In this document: in pieces, positions 38,281 through 46,616 of the stretch
How positions within the stretch are numbered: the stretch's first letter is position 1
How the letters are laid out: each line of letters starts with the position of its first letter
Assembly (NCBI GenBank): GCA_964638035.1
Contig: CAZWXD010000001.1
Span: 70,369-134,368 of the forward strand
Direction of reading: 5' to 3'
From: an uncultured Gemmatimonadaceae bacterium
Lineage (GTDB): Bacteria > Gemmatimonadota > Gemmatimonadetes > Gemmatimonadales > GWC2-71-9
Length of the DNA: 64,000 bases
Notes under the pieces: generated by a model
Databases searched by the model: none
The model's input: only the letters and a program-made list of their open reading frames with translations
What the model was told of the DNA's origin: nothing
Made by a program: the position numbers and the translations under genes

Positions 38281-39251
38281 CGCAGACTGGCATTCACCAC
38301 ATTACGGCGATCTCCGGCGAGCCGCGGCACACCGTGCACTTCTACCGGGACACCCTTGGCCTGCGGTTGGTCAAGCGCACGGTGAACTTCGACGACCCCG
38401 GCACCTGGCACCTCTACTTTGGCGACGAGTCCGGCCGTCCGGGCTCCATCCTGACCTTCTTCCCCTGGCCTGGCGGACACCGGGGTCGGGTGGGCGCTGG
38501 CCAGGCAGCCGTCACCAGCTACCGTGTCCCGGTGGGGTCCATCGGGTACTGGGCCGAGCGACTGGGTGCCCGCGGGATCGCGTTTGAGGCCCCGGTTGGG
38601 CGCTTCGACGAGCGGGTGCTGGCGTTCCGTGACCCCGATGGCTTGTTGCTGGAACTGGTGGCGGCTGGTCCGGATCCTGGCGGGCCATCCATTTCCGGCA
38701 GCAGCGTGCCCAGCGAGTTCGCCATCCGCGGGTTCGGGGGTACCACGCTCTGGACGGACGGTGCAGTGCCCGCCACCGAGGCGGTGCTCGAGACGCTGGG
38801 ATTCCGGCTCCTGGGCGAGGAGGACGGGCGGCGGCGGTTCACCGGGACGGCCCCGACTGGCCAGGTCGTGGACCTCCGGCGGGTGGACGGCTTCTGGCGC
38901 GGCGCCGGTGGGGTCGGGACGGTGCATCACGTGGCCTTCAGGGTTCCTGACCAGGCGGCCCAGCTCGAGCTGCGCCAGGCGCTGGTTGGCACCGGTGTGC
39001 AGGTCACCCCGGTGATTGATCGCCAATACTTCCACTCGGTGTACTTCCGGGAGCCGGGGGGCGTGCTCTTCGAGGTGGCCACCGACCAGCCCGGGTTCCT
39101 GGTGGACGAATCGCTCGCGGAACTGGGCTCCGGACTCAAGCTGCCGCCGCAGTACGAGTCGCAGCGGGATGCCATCGCGGCGCACCTGCCGCCGCTGGAG
39201 CCGGGCCCGGACCTGGCAGCGGTGCCGGCCGGGAATGAGTCCGGTGCCTGA
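38277..39251 (+). CDS. Ring-cleaving dioxygenase, VOC/glyoxalase superfamily (MhqO/YkcA-like)
   Basis: GIHHITAISGEPRHTVHFYRDTLGLRLVKRTVNFDDPGTWHLYFGD and a second VHHVAF repeat. ATGA overlap with marR. Confidence 0.85.
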   Translation: MTQTGIHHITAISGEPRHTVHFYRDTLGLRLVKRTVNFDDPGTWHLYFGDESGRPGSILTFFPWPGGHRGRVGAGQAAVTSYRVPVGSIGYWAERLGARGIAFEAPVGRFDERVLAFRDPDGLLLELVAAGPDPGGPSISGSSVPSEFAIRGFGGTTLWTDGAVPATEAVLETLGFRLLGEEDGRRRFTGTAPTGQVVDLRRVDGFWRGAGGVGTVHHVAFRVPDQAAQLELRQALVGTGVQVTPVIDRQYFHSVYFREPGGVLFEVATDQPGFLVDESLAELGSGLKLPPQYESQRDAIAAHLPPLEPGPDLAAVPAGNESGA

Positions 39252-39915
39252 CGCCCTGGCCACCCCCCATCGGTTCGTCGGGGGCGATCCTGCCCTGCCG
39301 ACGTTGCTGCTGCTGCATGGAACCGGTGGCTCGGAGGACGACCTGCTCCCGCTGGGGCGGGCCGTGCTGCCCGGCGCCGCCCTGCTGAGCCCGCGGGGCA
39401 CCGTGCTGGAGCACGGACAGGCCCGCTTCTTCCGCAGGCTGGCCGCCGGGGTCTTCGACCAGGACGACCTGCGCGCGCGTACCGATGACCTGGCCGCGTT
39501 CATCGCGGAGGCTGCGGCGCACTACGGCATTGACCCGCGGCGCGTGGTGGCACTCGGCTTCTCCAACGGCGCCAACATCGCCGCGAGCCTCCTCCTTCGC
39601 GGCACCGGCCGGCTGGCCGGTGCCGTGCTCCTGCGACCCATGGTGCCGTTCGAACCCGACCAGCTCCCCGACCTCACCGGTGTTCCCGTCCTGCTGGCGG
39701 CGGGGCGCATGGATCCCATGGTGCCGGCGCCGCTCACCGAGCGCCTTGCCGCGCTGTTGGGTGCGGCCGGAGCCAGTGTGGAGACGGTGTGGCATCCTGG
39801 CGGTCACGGGCTGGTGCAGGGTGACGTCACGGCGTCGTCGGCGTTCCTGCAGGGGGTGGTCGGCAGGAAATTCGGCGTTTCTTCGCTATCGGATGGGCGG
39901 GGGCTGGGCGAATGA
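39235..39915 (+). CDS. Phospholipase/carboxylesterase family alpha/beta hydrolase (MhqD-like)
   Basis: LLLLHGTGGSEDDL...GFSNGANIA...GGH. Confidence 0.8.
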   Translation: MSPVPDALATPHRFVGGDPALPTLLLLHGTGGSEDDLLPLGRAVLPGAALLSPRGTVLEHGQARFFRRLAAGVFDQDDLRARTDDLAAFIAEAAAHYGIDPRRVVALGFSNGANIAASLLLRGTGRLAGAVLLRPMVPFEPDQLPDLTGVPVLLAAGRMDPMVPAPLTERLAALLGAAGASVETVWHPGGHGLVQGDVTASSAFLQGVVGRKFGVSSLSDGRGLGE

Positions 39916-39945
39916 TGGGACACCACTTCACCGCGGAGTCAGCCC

Positions 39946-40239
39946 ATGTCCCTGGTGGCACTGGATCATGAGCGGCACAGCCGGGCAGACCGGCTCCTGC
40001 AGGACATCGCACGACGGCACGGCCTCCCGGCAGCAGACATCGACGACTATCCCGAACTGGACCGGTTCCTCGTGGCCTTCGTGCCGGAGGCGAGCACCAC
40101 CTTCGCGGCGGCCCACGCCGTCGAGGTCTCGTTTGCCGGCACGATGAGCACTGCACTCAAGGTGCTCCGGCGGGCGGTGGACGAGGCCGACGACAGTGGG
40201 GCGGCCGCGTACATCCACGACCTCGACGCCGGCGGCTGA
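39946..40239 (+). CDS. Small acidic hypothetical protein
   Basis: 97-aa ORF with good GC3; GGAG upstream. Confidence 0.45.
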   Translation: MSLVALDHERHSRADRLLQDIARRHGLPAADIDDYPELDRFLVAFVPEASTTFAAAHAVEVSFAGTMSTALKVLRRAVDEADDSGAAAYIHDLDAGG

Positions 40240-40305
40240 TTCCCGCACCACCGGCGCGCGGGCATCGCGGGGGCGCCAGGCGGGCCCCCGCACGCATGTC
40301 CGCCA

Positions 40306-40334
40306 GTTGACGCAGTGCCAACCGTATTGCATGT
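40306..40334 (+). promoter_or_regulatory. Putative argG promoter
   Basis: TTGACG-N17-CATGTT. The predicted transcript start lies within a few nt of ATG 40344, and no SD is visible. Confidence 0.3.
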
Positions 40335-40350
40335 TTATGCATTATGCAAT
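40326..40350. promoter_or_regulatory. ARG-box-like operator (ArgR site)
   Basis: ATTGCATGTTTATGCATTATGCAAT. Half-sites TGCAT (40328-32) and ATGCA (40337-41, 40344-48). AT-rich palindrome in a 70% GC genome. Overlaps the argG ATG; argR is encoded at the end of the operon. Confidence 0.6.
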
Positions 40351-41552
40351 CCAGCACACCCGTCGTCCTCGCCTTCTCCGGCGGCCTCGATACCTCCTGG
40401 TGCGTTCCCTGGCTGGCGCAGCGGGGCCATGCCGTCCACACTGCCTTCGTCAACACCGGCGGCACCACCCCCGGTGAGCGGGCGGCCATCCGGCGGCAGG
40501 CGCTCGCCGTCGGTGCGGTGCAGCACCACGAGGTGGATGCCCGCGCCGCGGTGTACGAGCGGTTCGTGCGCTACCTCATCCAGGGGAACGTGCTGCGCGG
40601 CGAGGTGTACCCGCTGAGTGTCGCCGCCGAGCGGACGCAGCAGGCCATCTCGGTGACCGAGGTGGCGCGCACCCTCGGGGCCCGCGCCGTGGCGCACGGG
40701 TCCACCGGTGCCGGCAACGACCAGGTGCGCTTCGACGTGGCGTTCCGCGTCCTGGCGCCCGACCTCGAGATCATCACGCCGATCCGCGAGACCGGGCTGC
40801 AGCGGTCGCAGGCCATCGCCGACCTCGAGGCCCGCGGCCTGCCGGTGCCGGCGAAGGCGAGTGCGTACAGCATCAACCGCGGGCTGTGGGGCACGACCTA
40901 CGGCGGCGGCTGGACCCACGACACCTGGGCTGGCCCGCCGGATGAGCTCTTCGAGCCCCCCGCGGACGCCCCGGCCCGGCACGAACTGGTGATCGGCTGG
41001 GAGCGCGGCGTGCCCGTGTCCCTCGATGACGAGCCCCTGGCCCCCGCCGACCTCATTGACCGACTCGGCGACCTGGCCGCCACCTACGGCGTGGGCCGCG
41101 GCATCCACGTGGGGGAGACCGCGCTGGGCATCAAGGGCCGCATCGGCTTCGAGGCCGGTGCCGCGCTGCTCCTCATCCAGGCGCATCGCGAGCTGGAGAA
41201 GCTGGTGCTCACGAAGTGGCAGGTGTTCTGGAAGGACCAGCTCGGCCGCTTCTACGGCGACCGGTTGCACGAGGGCCATTACTTCGACCCCGCGCTGCGC
41301 GACATCGAGGCGCTCATCACCAGTTCGCAGCAGCGGGTCACTGGCGAGGTGCGTGTGCGCCTCGCGGCGGGCCGCGCCCAGGTCACCGGCGCGCGCAGCC
41401 CCAGTTCGATGATGGACCGCGCCGTGGCCACCTACGGCGAGGAGAACCGCCTGTGGACGGGCGACGAGGCGCGCGACTTCGCCCGCGTCTCGGCCATTCC
41501 GGAGCTGCTGGCCCGGCGCGCCGGCAGCGCCGGCACCCCGACTGCCCCGTAG
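40344..41552 (+). CDS. argG: Argininosuccinate synthase
   Basis: VVLAFSGGLDTS...; 402 aa with typical ArgG layout. Confidence 0.95.
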   Translation: MQSSTPVVLAFSGGLDTSWCVPWLAQRGHAVHTAFVNTGGTTPGERAAIRRQALAVGAVQHHEVDARAAVYERFVRYLIQGNVLRGEVYPLSVAAERTQQAISVTEVARTLGARAVAHGSTGAGNDQVRFDVAFRVLAPDLEIITPIRETGLQRSQAIADLEARGLPVPAKASAYSINRGLWGTTYGGGWTHDTWAGPPDELFEPPADAPARHELVIGWERGVPVSLDDEPLAPADLIDRLGDLAATYGVGRGIHVGETALGIKGRIGFEAGAALLLIQAHRELEKLVLTKWQVFWKDQLGRFYGDRLHEGHYFDPALRDIEALITSSQQRVTGEVRVRLAAGRAQVTGARSPSSMMDRAVATYGEENRLWTGDEARDFARVSAIPELLARRAGSAGTPTAP

Positions 41553-41562
41553 TGGAGGTCCC

Positions 41563-42648
41563 ATGCTGACGACCCGGGTGAAGCTCGACAAGATCTCCTC
41601 CTCGACCCGCAACGCGGCGCTGGCGAGCGAGGTCATCGTAGGCCACGACATCGTGGCGCAGGAGGGCTACGTGCTCGCCGTGCGCATCCTGGCCGACAAG
41701 TCGACCTACAACGAGGTGGAGGACCTGGGCGGGCGCATGGTGAAGCTCCGGGCCGGCGACGTGCTCGCGGGCACGCTGGGCACGCGGCGCGCGCTGCGCG
41801 GCTATGCCGGTGTGGTGCCACCGCGCATAGCGGTGGGCGACACCATCGAGGTGCTCAACCTCGGTGGCGTGCTGGGGAAGTGCACCTCGGCCAACCCGGA
41901 CATCGGGCCGCCGTTCAAGGCCGAGGTGCTGGGCGCAGTGCTCACCTTCCCGGAGCTGGGCGACCGGGTGGGTCGGCCGGCGCACATCCGCGACCAGGCG
42001 GTGCCGACGGCCGAGACCCTCGTGTGCGACGTGCCGGTGGTGTACGTGGCCGGCACGTGCATGAATGCCGGGAAGACGGTGGCGGCGACCGAGCTGGTGC
42101 GGGGCTTCTTCCGCCAGGGCATGCGGGTGGCCGCGGCCAAGCTTACCGGCGTGTCGCTCATGCGGGATGCGCTCTCGATGCGCGATGCCGGCGCGGCGGC
42201 TGCGCTCACCTTCAACGACATCGGCATCGCCAGCACTCATGCCGGCGTGACGGTGGCGAGCGCCAAGGGCATCTTCAACCGGCTGGTGCAGGTGCGTCCT
42301 GACGTGATCGTGGCCGAGCTGGGCGACGGCATCCTGGGCGAGTACGGGGTGCAGGACATCCTGGCTGATGCGGAGCTGGCCGCCGCCGGCGCCGCCTGGG
42401 TCATGGCGGCCCCCGACCCGGTGGGCTGCTGGGGTGCGAAGGCACTCATGGCGGAGCGTTTCGGCCTGCCGGTCACTGTCTTCACCGGGCCGGCCACCGA
42501 CAACGAGGTGGGCCGCGACTACGTGAACGCGGAACTCTCGCTGCCCGCGTTCAACGCCCGGCGCGAGGCTGACAAGCTGGTCGCGGTGGTGCAGGCCTCG
42601 GTGGCGCAGTGGCGCGCGACGCGCCCCGCCGAACTGACGCTCGCCTGA
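41563..42648 (+). CDS. Uncharacterised protein with Walker-A-like motif, embedded in arginine operon
   Basis: 361 aa. GGAGG lies 4 nt upstream. Walker-A-like GTCMNAGKT at aa 164-172 (nt 42052-42078). 10 nt after the argG stop and 2 nt before the argC start. No family recognised by eye. Confidence 0.85.
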   Translation: MLTTRVKLDKISSSTRNAALASEVIVGHDIVAQEGYVLAVRILADKSTYNEVEDLGGRMVKLRAGDVLAGTLGTRRALRGYAGVVPPRIAVGDTIEVLNLGGVLGKCTSANPDIGPPFKAEVLGAVLTFPELGDRVGRPAHIRDQAVPTAETLVCDVPVVYVAGTCMNAGKTVAATELVRGFFRQGMRVAAAKLTGVSLMRDALSMRDAGAAAALTFNDIGIASTHAGVTVASAKGIFNRLVQVRPDVIVAELGDGILGEYGVQDILADAELAAAGAAWVMAAPDPVGCWGAKALMAERFGLPVTVFTGPATDNEVGRDYVNAELSLPAFNARREADKLVAVVQASVAQWRATRPAELTLA

Positions 42649-42650
42649 CC

Positions 42651-43685
42651 ATGCGCGTTGCCGTGATCGGGGCCGCAGGCTACGCCGGCGGCGAGCTGCT
42701 GCGCCTGCTGCTGGGCCACCCGGACGTGACGAGCTGGGTGGCCACCAGCCGGAGCCAGGCGGGAAAGCCGGTGGGGGAGGTGCATCCGCAGGTGCGGAGC
42801 CTTACCGCCCAGCGCTTCGAGGCGCTGGCACCCGAAGATGCGGCCCGTGGTGCCGACGTGGTGTTCCTGGCCCTGGAGCACGGCGAATCGTCACGCATGG
42901 TGCCGACGCTCCTGGCGTCGGGCACGCGCCTCGTCATCGACATCGCGGCCGACTTCCGGGTGCACGACCTGGCGCTGCATGAGCGCTTCTATGGCACGCA
43001 CCCGGCGCCCGATGCGCTTCGCCACTTTCGCTACGGGCTGGCCGACATCGAGGGCACGTCCCTCCGGGGTGCCCGCGCCATTGCGGCGCCGGGGTGCTTT
43101 GCCACGGCGGCGCAGCTGGCTCTCTACCCGCTGCGGCACCTGCCGGGCTTCCAGCCCTCGCTCTTTGCAGTGACCGGGTCGAGCGGCGCCGGCGTGCAGC
43201 CGCGGCCCACCACCCACCATCCCGCGCGGGCGCACAACCTCTTCGCCTACTCGGTGCTCAACCACCGTCACGAGGCGGAAGTGCTCTCGAGTTGGCGCCG
43301 CTGGACCGGCCGCCCTGACGCGATGGTGCGCCTGATCCCGCACAGCGGACCGTTCGTCCGCGGGATCCACCTCACCCTCCACGGCTTCAGCGCCCCAGGG
43401 CACGAGGCCGCGGCGAAGGACCCAGCCCTGCTCTTCGCCGAGGCCTACGCCGGCCGTCCCTTCGTGCGGGTGCTGGGGGAGGCCCCGGAACTCACGCACG
43501 TCGTGGGCACCAACGAGGCGCAGGTCTTTGCCGCCGGCACCGGCGATGGTCGCGAGGTGCAGGTGATGGTGGTGGTGGACAACCTGGTGAAGGGTGCCGG
43601 CGGGCAGGCGGTACAGGCGATGAACCTGGCGCTCGGGATCGAGGAGACGCGCGGGCTGCTGGGAGGGGGGATCTTTCCATGCTGA
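42651..43685 (+). CDS. argC: N-acyl-gamma-glutamyl-phosphate reductase
   Basis: MRVAVIGAAGYAGGELLRLL...AAPGCFATA catalytic Cys motif. Confidence 0.9.
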   Translation: MRVAVIGAAGYAGGELLRLLLGHPDVTSWVATSRSQAGKPVGEVHPQVRSLTAQRFEALAPEDAARGADVVFLALEHGESSRMVPTLLASGTRLVIDIAADFRVHDLALHERFYGTHPAPDALRHFRYGLADIEGTSLRGARAIAAPGCFATAAQLALYPLRHLPGFQPSLFAVTGSSGAGVQPRPTTHHPARAHNLFAYSVLNHRHEAEVLSSWRRWTGRPDAMVRLIPHSGPFVRGIHLTLHGFSAPGHEAAAKDPALLFAEAYAGRPFVRVLGEAPELTHVVGTNEAQVFAAGTGDGREVQVMVVVDNLVKGAGGQAVQAMNLALGIEETRGLLGGGIFPC

Positions 43686-44845
43686 TGCCGGGGGGAGCAA
43701 CGGGGCAGGCCGGTGCGCTGCTGCCGGTGTACGCCCAGTTTCCGCTGGTGCCGGCCCGGGGCGAGGGGAGCTGGATCATCGACGTCGACGGCAACCGCTG
43801 GCTCGATGCCTATGGCGGCCATGCAGTGGCCAGCACCGGCCACTCGCATCCGCATGTCGCGCGGGCCATCGCCGAGCAGGCGGCAACCCTGCTCTTCTAC
43901 TCCACCGTGCTGCCGCACCCCAGGCGTGCCGAGCTGGCCGCGCGACTCGCCGGCCACATGCCAGCCGGGGTGGACCGGTTCTTCTTCTGCAACTCGGGGG
44001 CGGAAGCCAACGAGAACGCCATGGCCCTGGCCCGGAAGCGCACGGGGCGCGAGGTGGTGGTGTCGGTCACGGGAGGGTGGCACGGCCGCAGCGTGGCCAC
44101 GCTGGCCGTCACCGATGGCGCGAAATACGAGGCAGGGGCCCGCCGTGCGGGGATGCCCCTGTCGCTCCGCGTGCCGTTCGACGACGTCGAGGCGGTGGAG
44201 CGGGCGGTGGACGAGTCCGTGGCCTGCCTGATTATCGAGCCGGTGCAGGGGATGTCGGGTGCACGCGACTGCTCGCACGAGTTCCTCCGTGCGGCGCGTG
44301 ACGCCTGCAGCCGGCATGGGGTGGCGCTCATCTTCGACGAGATCCAGTGCGGCGTGGGGCGCTCGGGGCACTTCACGGCGGCGGGGTTGTACGGCGTCAC
44401 GCCCGACGCCATCACGATGGCGAAGGGCCTGGGCTCCGGCTTTCCCATGGCGGCGGTGGCGGTCGGTGATTTCCTGGCCGAGGGCGTGTCCACCGGCGAC
44501 CTGGGGAGCACCTTTGGTGGCGGCCCGCTCGCGTGCGCCGCTGGCCTGGCCACGCTCGACGTCATCGAGCGTGAGGGCCTGGTGGCGAACGCCGCGCGCG
44601 TGGGCGGCATCCTGCGGGATGGTGCCCTTGCCCTGGGCGTTCCTGGTGTCCAGGGGCACGGGCTCCTGCTGGGCCTTCGCCTTGGACGGCCAGCACAGGC
44701 GGTCCAGCGGGCGCTCTTCGGGAAGCGTGTCCTCACGGGGACGGCCAGCGATCCCGACGTCCTGCGGCTCCTGCCGCCGCTCACCTTCAGCGAAGCGGAG
44801 GCCACGCTGCTGTTGCGGGCGCTGGGCGAGGTGCTCACCGCGTGA
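43679..44845 (+). CDS. argD: Acetylornithine/succinylornithine-family aminotransferase (class III PLP)
   Basis: FFCNSGAEANE...IFDEIQCGVGRSG...MAKGLG. Confidence 0.9.
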   Translation: MLMPGGATGQAGALLPVYAQFPLVPARGEGSWIIDVDGNRWLDAYGGHAVASTGHSHPHVARAIAEQAATLLFYSTVLPHPRRAELAARLAGHMPAGVDRFFFCNSGAEANENAMALARKRTGREVVVSVTGGWHGRSVATLAVTDGAKYEAGARRAGMPLSLRVPFDDVEAVERAVDESVACLIIEPVQGMSGARDCSHEFLRAARDACSRHGVALIFDEIQCGVGRSGHFTAAGLYGVTPDAITMAKGLGSGFPMAAVAVGDFLAEGVSTGDLGSTFGGGPLACAAGLATLDVIEREGLVANAARVGGILRDGALALGVPGVQGHGLLLGLRLGRPAQAVQRALFGKRVLTGTASDPDVLRLLPPLTFSEAEATLLLRALGEVLTA

Positions 44846-45600
44846 CGCCCCCATTCCTGCTGGTGCACAGCCTGGGCGGGCGGGCCGCCTTCTGGGATGC
44901 GGTGCGCCGGGCGATGCCTGCGCCGGCGGTCACGCATGCCTTCGACCTCCCCGGACATGGTGCCGCCCGGGGCCAGCCGGCGCGGTCGCTCGATGACTTT
45001 GCCACCGCGGTGCTGCGCGATGCTGACCGGGCCGGGCTCACGACATTTGTGCTCGTGGGCCACAGCTTCGGGGCGCTGGTGGCGCTGGCCGCCGCCGTCC
45101 GGGCAGGGGCCCGCGCGGAAGCGCTGGTGCTGGTGGATGCGGCCGGCGCGATGAATGCGGTGCCCGCCGGGGCACTGGAGGACTTCCTGGCCCGGGCCTC
45201 CGGCCCCGCGGGGCGCGAGTTCGTGGCCCAGGCATACGAGCAGAACCTCGAACGGGCGGCACCAGCCACGAAGGTGTGCGTGCTCGACTCGCTTGCGGAT
45301 ACCGACATGGATGCCGTCGTGGCCGCGTACACCGCACTCTTCGGCAGCGACTCCCCGGGCCTGCTGTCGCGCTATCCGGGTCCGGTGCGCCTCATTGTCG
45401 ATGCCGCCAACGATTCGCCCATGGCCCTGCATGCGCAGCACCCCGACCTGGACGTCGTGCCGGTCGAGGGCACCAGCCACTGGATTCCCCTCGACCAGCC
45501 GGGAGCCATTGCCACCGCGCTTGCCGGATGGCCGGCGCCCGGCCGTGGGGCAGGGACCCGGCCACAGCCTACCCACACCCAACGAGCGTCGGTGACATGA
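44842..45600 (+). CDS. Alpha/beta hydrolase embedded in arginine operon
   Basis: GHSFG nucleophile elbow (aa 73-77) and C-terminal GTSHW. GTGA overlap with argD and ATGA overlap with argF'. Confidence 0.8.
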   Translation: MTPPFLLVHSLGGRAAFWDAVRRAMPAPAVTHAFDLPGHGAARGQPARSLDDFATAVLRDADRAGLTTFVLVGHSFGALVALAAAVRAGARAEALVLVDAAGAMNAVPAGALEDFLARASGPAGREFVAQAYEQNLERAAPATKVCVLDSLADTDMDAVVAAYTALFGSDSPGLLSRYPGPVRLIVDAANDSPMALHAQHPDLDVVPVEGTSHWIPLDQPGAIATALAGWPAPGRGAGTRPQPTHTQRASVT

Positions 45601-46616
45601 AGCGCGACTTCCTTTCGATGGAATCGTGGGGGCAGGACGCCTGCCTGGCCATCCTCGACCTTGCGGCTCGGGTCAAGCGCGGCGAGGTGCTGGGCGGGCT
45701 CGAGCGGAAGGTCATGGCGATGGTGTTCATGGACCCGAGCCTCCGCACGCGGGCGAGCTTCGAGGCCGCGATGTTCCTGCACGGGGGCCACGGCATCGTG
45801 CTCGAGCCGGGGAAGGGGAGCTGGTCGCTCGAGACCGAGCCCGGCGCGGTGATGGACGGCACCACGGTGGAGCACATCCGCGATGCCGCAAGGGTGCTGG
45901 GTCGCTATGCCGACGTGCTCGGGGTGCGCACCTTCCCGCGCGGCACCGACTGGGACACGGTGCGGCAGGACCTCGTCATCCGGCGCTTCGCCGAGTACTG
46001 CGAGAAGCCCGTCATCAACCTCGAGTCCAGCCGGCGCCACCCCTGCCAGGGGCTCGCCGATGCGCTCACCCTGCGCGAGAAGCTGGGTGATCCCCGGGGC
46101 AAGCGGTTCGTGCTCATGTGGGCCTGGCACCCGAAGGCCCTGCCCACCGCCGTGCCCGCCAGTGCGGCGATCGCCGCGGCGATGCTGGGGATGGAGGTGG
46201 TGATCGCCCGGCCGGATGGCTATGAGCTCGACCCCGAGGACACCGCACTGGTGCGCCAGCTTGCGCGGGACAACGGTGCGATGATCCACATCAACAACGA
46301 TCCCGACGATGCCGTGGTGGGGGCCGATGCCGTGTACGTGAAGTCGTGGGGCTCGGTCGCCCACTTCGGGAGGCCCGATGACGAGGCGGCCGCACGGCAG
46401 GGCCTGCGCGACTGGCGGCTCACCGTGCCGCGCCTCCGCTCGACGCGGGGCGGCAAGGGTGCGGTCATGCACTGCCTTCCCGTGCGGCGCAACGTCGAGC
46501 TCGATGACGCGGTCATCGACGGGCCGAACTCGGTCGTGGTGGACGAGGCAGAGAACCGGCTGCACGTGCAGCGGGCGTTGCTCCTGGAGATGCTTGGAAA
46601 GGATCCATCGCGATGA
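45597..46616 (+). CDS. N-acyl-L-ornithine carbamoyltransferase (AOTCase/SOTCase family, argF')
   Basis: FMDPSLRTRASFE...GAVMDGTTVEHIRDAARVLGRY...RRHPCQGLAD...HCLPVRRNVE...DEAENRLHVQ parallels the Xanthomonas and Bacteroides argF' enzymes as remembered. Confidence 0.9.
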   Translation: MKRDFLSMESWGQDACLAILDLAARVKRGEVLGGLERKVMAMVFMDPSLRTRASFEAAMFLHGGHGIVLEPGKGSWSLETEPGAVMDGTTVEHIRDAARVLGRYADVLGVRTFPRGTDWDTVRQDLVIRRFAEYCEKPVINLESSRRHPCQGLADALTLREKLGDPRGKRFVLMWAWHPKALPTAVPASAAIAAAMLGMEVVIARPDGYELDPEDTALVRQLARDNGAMIHINNDPDDAVVGADAVYVKSWGSVAHFGRPDDEAAARQGLRDWRLTVPRLRSTRGGKGAVMHCLPVRRNVELDDAVIDGPNSVVVDEAENRLHVQRALLLEMLGKDPSR

